In this document: in pieces, positions 1-8,764 of the stretch
Numbering within the stretch: position 1 is the stretch's first letter
Layout of the letters: the number at the start of each line of letters is the position of its first letter
NCBI GenBank assembly: GCA_965215885.1
Contig: CBDCEW010000096.1
Span: 32,001-96,000 of the forward strand
Direction of reading: 5' to 3'
Length of the DNA: 64,000 bases
Origin: Candidatus Moanibacter sp.
GTDB taxonomy: Bacteria; Verrucomicrobiota; Verrucomicrobiia; Opitutales; UBA2987
Notes under the pieces: generated by a model
Databases searched by the model: none
What the model saw: the letters and a program-made list of their open reading frames with translations, nothing else
Told to the model about the DNA's origin: nothing
Made by a program: the position numbers and the translations under genes

Positions 1-304
1 TTGGTTTCAAAATTCTGTTTAGATGCCTTCTGAAATATGGTACTGCCTCTGTCTGGTCTGATTTTCGGCTCATACCCATCCAGAGAAGGTGAATGTGCTC
101 GGGCATAACCACGTATATAGGACAGAAAAGAACGTATTTAGCTAACGTATGCAGAAGCACCTCTCTGAATTTGAAATGAAAGCGCTCGTTCAACCACCCG
201 GTTTTCCGATCACGAATAGTCATAGACCAGTGGACATAGGCATATCCGTGATAAAACTCACGAGCTAATCGAGGCAGGTGTCTGCGTCTTGTCTGGCGTT
301 GCAT
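1..304 (-). CDS. REP-associated tyrosine transposase (RAYT/Y1 HUH family), 5' part; runs off the window edge
   Basis: Manual minus-strand translation MQRQTRRRHLPRLAREFYHGYAYVHWSMTIRDRK...CPIYVVMPEHIHLLW contains the RxLPR start and the Y-x-x-M-P-E-H-I-H HUH motif. Not in the ORF track because its stop lies outside the window. Confidence 0.8.
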   Translation of the reverse strand, partial: MQRQTRRRHLPRLAREFYHGYAYVHWSMTIRDRKTGWLNERFHFKFREVLLHTLAKYVLFCPIYVVMPEHIHLLWMGMSRKSDQTEAVPYFRRHLNRILKP

Positions 305-479
305 GGAGTGATGGTTGGATTCCTGTTTGTACTGCCAAGGACACTATCACACAGAGTCTTAGAACCTGGAAAAATGTCCAACAGAATTCAGATTTTGATC
401 TTCGTTTACCGTGTCTTTGCAGACCCGGCTACGACAAACCGAGAATTCGTAGCCGCGCCTGCAAAGGCGCGGTTCCAAC

Positions 480-791
480 CTACTCTCTCGGGCAAATCAA
501 AACATCCTCCCCCTCCACCCTGACATCGTAGCACGGTACCGGCTCATAAGCAGGTGGCGTTTCCTCCCCGGTCTTTACATTAAAACGTGCACCGTGCCGA
601 GGGCACTCGATCTCCTCACCATCCAGTTCACCGTCGACGAGCGGACCGAAATCGTGCGTGCAGACATCAGATATGGCAAAGTACTCACCTCCGATATTGA
701 ACAACCCGACATCCTCATCTCCGCAGGTAACGCGCATCTTCTCCCCGGGTTTAAGATCGGACACTGAAGCTACTCTGATGAAATTGGTCAT
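480..791 (-). CDS. Rieske [2Fe-2S] ferredoxin
   Basis: CTH...CPRHGARF Rieske motif; start placed at MTNF. Confidence 0.9.
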   Translation of the reverse strand: MTNFIRVASVSDLKPGEKMRVTCGDEDVGLFNIGGEYFAISDVCTHDFGPLVDGELDGEEIECPRHGARFNVKTGEETPPAYEPVPCYDVRVEGEDVLICPRE

Positions 792-998
792 GAGATTCCA
801 AGTTCGAAGTTCCTCACCAAACACAAGTGGAACAATGGAAGTTTGGAACCATCGAAGTTTGGAATAAAGGGAACAATTCGATGGCAGTATTGCCAAGGCT
901 GATGAGCAAAAAACTTACTTCAATTGGAATCGTCTTTCCGTTCACCCAATATTCCAACTTGCCCCTACATAGCTCGAAGAGCGACGGCGGATCTTCCA

Positions 999-2012
999 TC
1001 ATTCCAGTCCGGCAGCCATCGCGTCCAGCTCGTCCAAATACCCTTTTTTCGAATCTCCATCCCACAAAGCGATCTCGAAACCGTTCCGAGCGATTTGGAT
1101 AAGCTCCCGCTTTGTAAAATTGAGCTCCTGGTGAAGCGCATAGTACTCTTCGCTCAGGGTATTGCCAAACATAAAGGGATCATCGGAGTTTATCGTTACT
1201 ATTACACCCGCATCAAACAGCTTCCGGATGGGATGCGCCGACATCGACGGTACTCCTTCCACCGCCAGCTTAACGTTACTGATCGGACAGACATCCAAAG
1301 GAATCTTTTCCCGAACCAGGCGATCGACCAGGGTGGGATCTTCAATCGAACGGACACCGTGTTCAATTCGAGAAACTTTCAGTTCGTCCAACATCCTTGT
1401 GACAAAATCGGCCCCCATAAACTCCCCGGCGTGCGCCTTGGTAAACTTGCCCGCTTCTCTAGCCTTCTCCCATACTCCCGCTGTCCAATCCTCTACCGGC
1501 CAGTACTCGGGTCCATGCAGATCAATGCCATCCAGTTCTTCCCAATTATGGCAATTATCCACAACCTCGGCTCCCCGGCGCCCTTCCCGCGCATTGTGGC
1601 TCATTCCCATGAACACCCGCACTTCCAGCCCTTCCGGGGCCGCCTCTTTGATAGCGCGAATCAATTCCGGTCCCGATTCCTCGATCAACTCAAAGGTGCC
1701 GGTGTGAAAGCTGGTTTCGACATACTTGGCGTTTTGTTTGAAGCAGTTGCCAAGAACGATCTTGGCCGCACGGTGGTACTGCTCAACGGAATCAAAGCCC
1801 GTTCCACAGTATTCCACATAGAGGTCCATAAATTCGTCAAAACTCGCATACCGGAAGTCATCACTCCACATCTTGGGAGGACCACGGAATTTATCGGGAT
1901 CCGCTTCCAGCAGCATTTCTAAGGGGCAAGAGCCCTCCATGTGCAAATGCGTTTCAGTTTTGGGTAGACTCTGAATAAACTCGGCGAATTCGGGATCAGC
2001 TTCGTATGGCAT
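999..2012 (-). CDS. add: Adenosine/adenine deaminase family
   Basis: PKTETHLHMEGS, KAHAGE, RIEHG, CPISN and INSDDP motifs. Confidence 0.9.
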   Translation of the reverse strand: MPYEADPEFAEFIQSLPKTETHLHMEGSCPLEMLLEADPDKFRGPPKMWSDDFRYASFDEFMDLYVEYCGTGFDSVEQYHRAAKIVLGNCFKQNAKYVETSFHTGTFELIEESGPELIRAIKEAAPEGLEVRVFMGMSHNAREGRRGAEVVDNCHNWEELDGIDLHGPEYWPVEDWTAGVWEKAREAGKFTKAHAGEFMGADFVTRMLDELKVSRIEHGVRSIEDPTLVDRLVREKIPLDVCPISNVKLAVEGVPSMSAHPIRKLFDAGVIVTINSDDPFMFGNTLSEEYYALHQELNFTKRELIQIARNGFEIALWDGDSKKGYLDELDAMAAGLE

Positions 2013-2161
2013 AAGCAAAAATTTTTGGAAGTCTGCTTTCGCTCGACGCGGAATCAAGGAAATAACGCAATCAGTTTTTTCTTAAAAACGCGCCGGAACT
2101 TCTGGATGAGGCGTCCCTAGCAGATATTGACGATCGTTTGGAACAGAGGACCGACAGTTTC

Positions 2162-3103
2162 TTACTTCATCTCCTTCAAAATTTCATTCAAGATACGCGC
2201 CGCATTCTTCTCTGCCATGGCAGTGAACTCCGGCTGCAGATCCTCACCCGGCTCTCCTCCGGCGAGATCGCTCATACTCCTCACGATTAGAAAAGGCACT
2301 TTATTCGCCCAGCAGACGTGTGCTATGGCGGTCGATTCCATATCGACGCCGTCACTCTGCCAGGTATCGAAAATGAATTTCCTGAATTCCGAATTCTCTA
2401 TGAACAATGGACCGGTCGCCCCTCTTCCCCCAATTTTTACTCGCGCTCGATGACCCGTCGCATTGACCAGTTGGAGCCTCTCACTCGCTCGGGGGGCAAT
2501 TTGCAGAAGATCGGGGTCTGCCTCAAAATAGACCTTCTCTTTGTTTTCAGTCTCACCCTCCCGAATTACTCACACGGATTCGGGATGAAACATCCCGAAA
2601 TTTCCAAACTTCAGGCGCGCACGGGCCTCCGGTGAGACCTGATATACGCCGGGATCTCCCGACTTCTCATTGTAAAAGGCACCTTCGAGTTCGTAGTGCC
2701 ATTCCGCCGGAATCGCGACATCGCCTTTCTTCAGTTCGGGATTAATTCCCCCGGCAATGCCGGAGAAGAGGAGAGCCCTGATCTCGAACTCCGATAGTAC
2801 GAGTTGTGTCGTCATCGCCGCATTTACAACACTGATGCCAGTCAGAAAAAAGATCACTCGCTTGCCGTATGCGGTTCCGATGGAGAACTTCACGCCATTA
2901 ATACTTCGTTCTTCCAGAATCTTCTCCCCTTCGATCACCTCACGAATGGCCTTGAGCTCTCCGTCATAAGCCGCTACCACGGCAATGTAGGAATCTTCCG
3001 GTTCTTCGCCATACCCTTGCGTCGTTATCAGGGAAACACCTGTGATCGCCGCGATTCCACAGCCCAAGAACAATCTCCAACACAAGAGACGTTTCTTTAT
3101 CAT
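2162..3103 (-). pseudogene. MTA/SAH nucleosidase-family protein with signal peptide, interrupted by one in-frame TGA at 2570-2572
   Basis: GISVVNAA, FSGIAGG, DMESTAIAHVC and RSMSDLAGG motifs. ORFs 2570..3103 and 2162..2407 share a frame, and the 54 codons between them are open. Confidence 0.8.
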
Positions 3104-4302
3104 ATCGCTTCCTCCATAATCCGCTGCACATTATCCGGAGCAAAGAATTCTACAGGAGAGACAGCCGTAGTCACCAACCCCAAAAACTGTCGCGTCGCCT
3201 CGGCGTTTCCTCGAAGGGCACTATATAGCTGAATTGTCTCAGGCTTAGGCGGCTCAAAGCTCGCCATCTCGCAGGTAAAGTGATAAAAAGGGAGAGCCCA
3301 CTCATCACGTTTCCTCTGATACGACTGCAAGGCTTCTTCCATATCGCTCCTTCCCGAAAATGCATCGTCTACCGCCTCGGCAAGCAACTCAGCATCACAG
3401 AACGCATCCGTAATACCCTGCGCGCTGGTGGGGTCCTTCTTATAGCCGGCATCACCGACTAAGGCCCATCCCGGCCCATACGGCTTCCTGAAGAAATTCC
3501 TCGTGGCGCCGGAGTACCAGCCCTCCTCCCGCTTGCCTTCTTTCACCCTTTCAGCGAGATCCGGAGCCACCCTCGATAAAAGACTCATGTAACTCTCCTC
3601 TATGTCCTGACGGGCCTCTTCGAACTTACCTGGCAGCCAATTCCCTCCGATCAGAACGCAGCCTCCCGAAGTTGGCCAGGCGTAGATCGATTCATACGGA
3701 GGCAGATACACCTCCAGCCCTCTTAGACCCACCCCGCTCCAGTAACTCCAAATCGTCCCTTGAATGATGGGCCGCTTATGATATTCTTCCGCCTCAACGC
3801 TCCTCGCTACTCTAGAGGCCGGTCCATCCGCTCCAATAACCAGCCTTGCCTTCTCCTCGAACCTTCTGCCGCTGTCGCTTTTGCATTTCACACCGCAGAC
3901 TTGGCCTGCTTCAATCAGAACCTCTTCCACGGAACATTCCTCCCTCAAATCGGCGCCGGCCGAAACAGCGCCCTTAACCAATATAGTGTCGAGCAGAAAC
4001 CTGCGAGGAGCATACGCAGTTTCCACGCCCTCTACGGCAGGCGCTGATCCTTTAAGCGCAAACGCGCCAACATCGATCTCGTAATGAGTTACCGGTGGAC
4101 AATCGGTCGCTTCGAGTTCTCCCAGCAGGTTCCACCGCTTCAAATGTGCCACTCCCCGCTGATGAATCATATGTGTAGACATCCGCATTTCACTGGGAAA
4201 CGAGGCACGATCGAGCAGAAGAACCTTGTATCCCTTTCTGGCCAACAACATAGCCGTCGGCGAACCCGCGCATCGCGCTCCAACTACAATTACGTCATAC
4301 AT
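3100..4302 (-). CDS. FAD-dependent oxidoreductase/monooxygenase (geranylgeranyl reductase-like)
   Basis: MYDVIVVGARCAGS, IGADG and LVGDAG motifs. Confidence 0.9.
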   Translation of the reverse strand: MYDVIVVGARCAGSPTAMLLARKGYKVLLLDRASFPSEMRMSTHMIHQRGVAHLKRWNLLGELEATDCPPVTHYEIDVGAFALKGSAPAVEGVETAYAPRRFLLDTILVKGAVSAGADLREECSVEEVLIEAGQVCGVKCKSDSGRRFEEKARLVIGADGPASRVARSVEAEEYHKRPIIQGTIWSYWSGVGLRGLEVYLPPYESIYAWPTSGGCVLIGGNWLPGKFEEARQDIEESYMSLLSRVAPDLAERVKEGKREEGWYSGATRNFFRKPYGPGWALVGDAGYKKDPTSAQGITDAFCDAELLAEAVDDAFSGRSDMEEALQSYQRKRDEWALPFYHFTCEMASFEPPKPETIQLYSALRGNAEATRQFLGLVTTAVSPVEFFAPDNVQRIMEEAI

Positions 4303-4477
4303 CGACCGGATCCGGAGCACACTCCGGGTATTTCTCCTCCTCGTACCTTTCCACGAGTAACGACCACAGCTCCAGATCATCCTCTTCATTCGAATCCGGC
4401 GCTGCATCCATAAGCGCCTCGACGTGAGCGAGGGCCGTTTCATAATCAGCTTCGGTCTTTATTAATCTGCGTTTCAT
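4295..4477 (-). pseudogene. higA: HigA antitoxin N-terminal fragment (HTH lost)
   Basis: IKTEADYETALAHVEALMDA...LELWSLLVERYEEEKYP..PDPV ends before the HTH. Confidence 0.7.
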
Positions 4478-4489
4478 TGAACTTCCGTT

Positions 4490-4600
4490 CTAAATTGTTC
4501 TGGCGTCTATACGGTCATAATCCGCGTATGTACCAACGAATCGAACAAAAAACGATTGCAACAGAAAAGTTCCCATTTCGGTAACCACCTTTGCTGTAGT
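4490..4600 (-). pseudogene. higB: HigB toxin C-terminal remnant
   Basis: Minus-strand frame reads FVRFVGTYADYDRIDARTI* directly upstream of the higA fragment. Confidence 0.65.
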
Positions 4601-4760
4601 TAGGATTATCTACATCTCGAACAGCGAATTCTTCCAGCCAAAAAAATCGAAAATCACAACCATAATAGCGGGAACTCCAGTCCCTTTCCGCCCTTCTCCT
4701 CACAGTGCGAAACAGATGGTAGCGTGCGGAATGGAGTGATAGGCCTGCTGCCTGTCAGTG

Positions 4761-5260
4761 AGGAGTCTTCTCCACGTGAGGTGATCTTCGTCGTCAACTT
4801 TGTCGCGAGCTTTGTCGAAATCTCCCCGCCGGGAGCGAGGCTTTATCCAGCGGCATTCGAAACACATGGTGGAGAGGTAGAATCGACAAAGATTACGACG
4901 AGGCTCACGACCAAGTTTGGGAGGAGTTTTCTCCCGTGAGGGAATCTTCGTCGTCAACTTTGTCGCGAGCTTTGTCGAAATCTCCCCGCCGGGAGCGAGG
5001 CTCTTTCCAGCGGCACAAGATACACATGGTGAAGGGGAAGAAACGACAAAGATTACGACGAGGCTTACGACTAAGTTTGGGAAGAGTTTTCTCCCGTGAG
5101 GGAATCTTCGTCGTCAGCTTCGTCGAAGACCGGCTGAGGCAATGCGACAAAGTTCACGACGATGCTTACGAAGAAGTCTGCCAGGGCGTTTTAGTATTAG
5201 TTGGAACGGAGACATCTCAATCTTTGTTGTCAACTTCGGCGTAAGCTTTGTCGAACAGCT
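4761..5260. repeat. About 160-bp tandem repeat (2.3 copies plus decayed tail) built from head-to-head 12-bp cgacaaagctta-like subunits
   Basis: cgtgag recurs ending at 4780, 4940 and 5100. Each unit carries tcgtcaactttgtcgcgagctttgtcg and the inverted cgacaaagattacgacgaggct. Confidence 0.9.
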
Positions 5261-5316
5261 CGCTACAGTTCTGCCGGTGAGCAGAACTCCCAAGCTCCAG
5301 CAAAGTCTCAGTGCTC

Positions 5317-6831
5317 TCACAATTGAACCCACTCCTCGGCCTGCTCAAACGCGTGGGCGACGCGGTAAACGGTCGGTTCATCGAAATGTCTACCCACAAG
5401 CATCATTCCGATCGGAAGGCCATCGCTCATACCACACGGCACATTCATGGCGGGATGGTGTGTGCTGTTGAAGGGTGAGGTATTGGCGATCGTTTCAAAG
5501 GCTCGTTGCACGAATTCTTCACGGCTCGCATCAGGCCCGGGAAGAGGTGTGGCCTTCATTGGCGTCGTCGGAAGCAGGAGAAGATCGCATTCCGCAAGAA
5601 CAGTATCATAGGCTCGACGCAGTTTTGGTACGAGGTTGATCCCCTTACCGTAGTAGAAATTGCCATGCCGGTTGCGAATGTAGGTGCCCAGTAGAGCGAA
5701 GACCTTGATTGTATCGGCCAACTCTTCAGTCCTCTCTTTCAAATTCCTCAAATGGCTTCGCAGGCTGTTTACATAGAGATCGCGACGACCGGCTCCGAGG
5801 CCTTCGCCGTAAAGGAGTGTCTCCGTAACACCCGCCACGCCGATCGCCGTGCATATCGGTTCGGCTTCATTGTGCATGGGCACCGATATATCTCGCACAT
5901 CAGCGCCCAATCTCGACAGAATCTCCGACCCGGCATGCACTTTCGAGTCGACATCGGGGTCGGAGTTCCTATGGCCAAAGCCCTCACGCAGGACACCGAT
6001 CCTGATTCCATCTATCCCGTCATCAATCATCTCGGTGTAGGGATGAACGATCGGATTGTACTGCCTCGGATCATAGTCGTCCGGACCTGCAATCACTTCG
6101 AGAAGCAACGCGTTATCCTTCACGGTGCCCGTGATGGGCCCGGTGTGATCAATCGTTACCTCGACCGGCATGATCCCGGTGTAGGGAACAAGACCGTGCG
6201 TCGGCTTCATCCCATAGGTGCCGCTGAATGACGAGGGCATGCGAATTGAGCCTGCCTGGTCCCCGCCTATCGCCATTTCCACCTCTCCGGCCGCTACGAG
6301 AGCGGCGCATCCGGAAGATGATCCGCCCGCCGAAAAACCAGTTTTGCGCGGGTTCTGCACCGGACCCGAATCACTCGTGTGGCTTCCGCCCGATAGACAG
6401 AAACATTCGCAAGTCGCTTTACCCACGATTTCCGCGCCCGCCTCAAGCAGCCGCGTCGCCACCGTAGCATCAATCTCCGGCACGTACCCTTCCAGGATCC
6501 TGCTACCGCACATCATCGGCACGCCAGCCAGCATAATGTTGTCCTTCAAAACGACGCGCCGACCCGCAAGCTTCCCATTCGCCGCCCCTTTGACAGTGGT
6601 CTTGTAATACCATGCGTTGTACCGATTCTCCTCTCCACTCGGCCGGTAGCCCGCATCCCTTGGAAATTTCACGGCGGGCAGGTTATCAGGCATTTCGTCC
6701 AGTGCCCGGTAGGCCTCGATCATGGGCCCCAAAAGGCCGTGAAAAGATTCGGCATCCGCATCGCTGAGCTGCAATCCGATCTCCGCACCGACGGCCTTCA
6801 ATTCCTCGATGCTAGGATATTTGACAGTCAT
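5317..6831 (-). CDS. Amidase (amidase-signature family)
   Basis: LKDNI, GGSSSG and GGDQAGSIRMPS motifs. Confidence 0.92.
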   Translation of the reverse strand: MTVKYPSIEELKAVGAEIGLQLSDADAESFHGLLGPMIEAYRALDEMPDNLPAVKFPRDAGYRPSGEENRYNAWYYKTTVKGAANGKLAGRRVVLKDNIMLAGVPMMCGSRILEGYVPEIDATVATRLLEAGAEIVGKATCECFCLSGGSHTSDSGPVQNPRKTGFSAGGSSSGCAALVAAGEVEMAIGGDQAGSIRMPSSFSGTYGMKPTHGLVPYTGIMPVEVTIDHTGPITGTVKDNALLLEVIAGPDDYDPRQYNPIVHPYTEMIDDGIDGIRIGVLREGFGHRNSDPDVDSKVHAGSEILSRLGADVRDISVPMHNEAEPICTAIGVAGVTETLLYGEGLGAGRRDLYVNSLRSHLRNLKERTEELADTIKVFALLGTYIRNRHGNFYYGKGINLVPKLRRAYDTVLAECDLLLLPTTPMKATPLPGPDASREEFVQRAFETIANTSPFNSTHHPAMNVPCGMSDGLPIGMMLVGRHFDEPTVYRVAHAFEQAEEWVQL

Positions 6832-7150
6832 GGGAACCATTAGGCCCCAATCGGCCAGACGAAGCAAGTTGTTGTCTACAAAATTTGGAATGCCGGTCCC
6901 GCTCAGCACGATGCCCGAAGGAGAGCCAAGTGTAGCCGCGGCCGCCAAAGATTCACGATTCACATTACGACGGAAGATTAACCTTCAAAATACTTTCCCA
7001 TCGTGTCTCTCAATGATGTTCTGATGTCGGATACGTCGATTACCGAAGGTCCTAACTTCGACGTTCGGTGTTGGATGTTCGATGTTGGAGGTTCAATAAC
7101 TCAACTTCCAACGCCTTCCCGCCCTATCCCACCACCGAAAATCGCCTCTC

Positions 7151-7390
7151 CTAAACAGCGGCAGCAAGGACCTCGCACTCGCGTGCATCGACAGCCGCCC
7201 GGAATCCCCGGATATGCTCCGGTCCGGTTCCGCAGCAACCTCCAATGAAATACGCGCCGGCACCGAGCAGTTCGCCGATCTGAGCCTCCATCTCTTCGGG
7301 AGTCTGCGAGTAAATGGTCTGGGTCCTCTTATCCAGATGAGGAATTCCTGCATTGGGATAGGCCATCAATCGCTTTTCATCAAGAGCGAA
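7151..7390 (-). pseudogene. Homocysteine S-methyltransferase domain, C-terminal fragment
   Basis: AYPNAGIP...TPEEM...FIGGCCGTGPEHI; N-terminus absent. Confidence 0.75.
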
Positions 7391-7586
7391 CTCACTCAGG
7401 GCACTGCGTAACGGTGATCCTTCCTTCTCGCTCCCCCCGTAGCCGGATCGCTTTGCGATTCGGACCCTGTGCGACTTCGTTTTCAGGCCCCTGGCACTAA
7501 TATGTTTCGGAGTTTCGAAGTCCGGGTTTAGCGTGACCATCGACTACGACGTGCGAAGTGGCTGTTTTCCCGCTTCGCTGAAGGAT

Positions 7587-8111
7587 TCAGCCCGAGATAG
7601 CAATTCTCTGCGCGATCTGCGGAATCAATTTTGAAACCGCCTGGCGCGCCGAAGTTTGAAAATCTTCAATGATCCTGAAACCGGGTAGGGGAATCGAGTA
7701 ATGCCGCCCAACGAGGATACCCAGATTCTCCTTCGCTCCCGGCGCTTTCAGCTGAGCAGCGAGACGTGTTTCAAACTCACCTAACCGATTCAATCGCCAC
7801 TGGTGTAGGAAGATATTTAAAACCACCGCATCTTCGGGAACTTTTGCACCCAATCGGACGTAGACAGTTTCAATCGGAATCTCCGCTTTTTCAAAGACCT
7901 GGGTAACGCTATCTTTGAGATAAAAATATCGGTCATATTCGTCGATAAAGCGGAAATCCTGGTCAAAGGGTTCCGGTAACATATCGATTATGCGCACATA
8001 GAGCGTTTCTTGCACTCCAATACTTACCTGTTCTTGGTTGGCCACCGCAAATACTGAGTTCCCGGTCAGGAAAGCGGCAATTAACAACGATGTTGATAGT
8101 TTCTTATTCAT
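7587..8111 (-). CDS. Hypothetical exported protein
   Basis: 174-aa ORF with signal peptide (MNKKLSTSLLIAAFL..VFA) and AAGGAG RBS. Confidence 0.7.
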   Translation of the reverse strand: MNKKLSTSLLIAAFLTGNSVFAVANQEQVSIGVQETLYVRIIDMLPEPFDQDFRFIDEYDRYFYLKDSVTQVFEKAEIPIETVYVRLGAKVPEDAVVLNIFLHQWRLNRLGEFETRLAAQLKAPGAKENLGILVGRHYSIPLPGFRIIEDFQTSARQAVSKLIPQIAQRIAISG

Positions 8112-8244
8112 TTTTCTTCTCCTTATTTTGATGTTAGAGGCGTTCTGTCATTCAATATTCCTCCATTCGTCGCTCTCCCCCGCGTCTACTTTCAGAGCCT
8201 TCGGATTTCACATTCTATTGACGTTTCAGGTTCGCCATGTTGCG

Positions 8245-8419
8245 ATACCTGTTTTGCGTGTCTTTGATTGATGGCTGCCCTGGTCTTTTTCGCCTCGGCG
8301 AAGCCTCGCGCGAAGACGGGTGCCGAGGTGGAGCGCGTTCCCTGCTATGAACGGAATACCTCTACCAAGCCTTCCCCCGGCACAAGACCGGTTCAGCCTC
8401 AGAAACGTTAGACGCGTAC
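8245..8419. mobile_element. MITE family A (arms GTACCTGTTTAGC...GGCTGCCCCGGTCTTGTGCCGGGG), decayed copy
   Basis: Inverted arms related to those at 26773-28397, 58346-58391 and 63268-63320. Confidence 0.65.
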
Positions 8420-8435
8420 ACCCCGGGGATTGCGG

Positions 8436-8617
8436 CTAGCCCGGACATTTCACACACTTCGTAGCGAGACGGCGTAGATTGCTGCCTGTCAATGCCTTTC
8501 CGCAGAACGGCGGGCGACAGTGTGTTGAGACCCTCTGAGGTCGCCGGGCAAGGCAAGGCATTGACACGCGGCGAGATCCGTCGTCGTAGTAGAAGGTTTG
8601 TGAAATGTTCGGGCTAG
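8436..8617. mobile_element. MITE family B, 182 bp, terminal IR CTAGCCCGGACATTTCACA
   Basis: Terminal inverted repeats; same-length copy at 26574-26755; half-end at about 19933. Confidence 0.85.
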
Positions 8618-8665
8618 TCCCGGATCAGCCGAGACTCATCTCAGGCATTTGCGGGGCAGATTTGC

Positions 8666-8764
8666 TAGGAAGATGTCGGTGGTGAAATCGGCCCCGATCC
8701 ACGAACGCACATAAAGAGCAGGTCCCCACCGAAGAATCGCAAAGCGAGATCCGACAGATTCCTA
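8666..8764. repeat. REP/MITE family C with arms TAGGAATCTGTCGGA; contains an empty IS110 target
   Basis: taggaagatgtcgg at 8666 is inverted relative to tccgacagattccta at 8750-8764. Confidence 0.7.

Noticed and set aside
795..880. Short-period repeats (also 7055-7095, 17595-17740, 43310-43350)
   Set aside because: Degenerate low-complexity intergenic repeats with no further structure that I can support.
2570..2572. Selenocysteine codon
   Set aside because: The family has no known catalytic Cys here and I saw no convincing SECIS.
4761..5260. CRISPR array
   Set aside because: The period is 160 bp, the intervening sequences are homologous rather than unique, and no cas genes are present.
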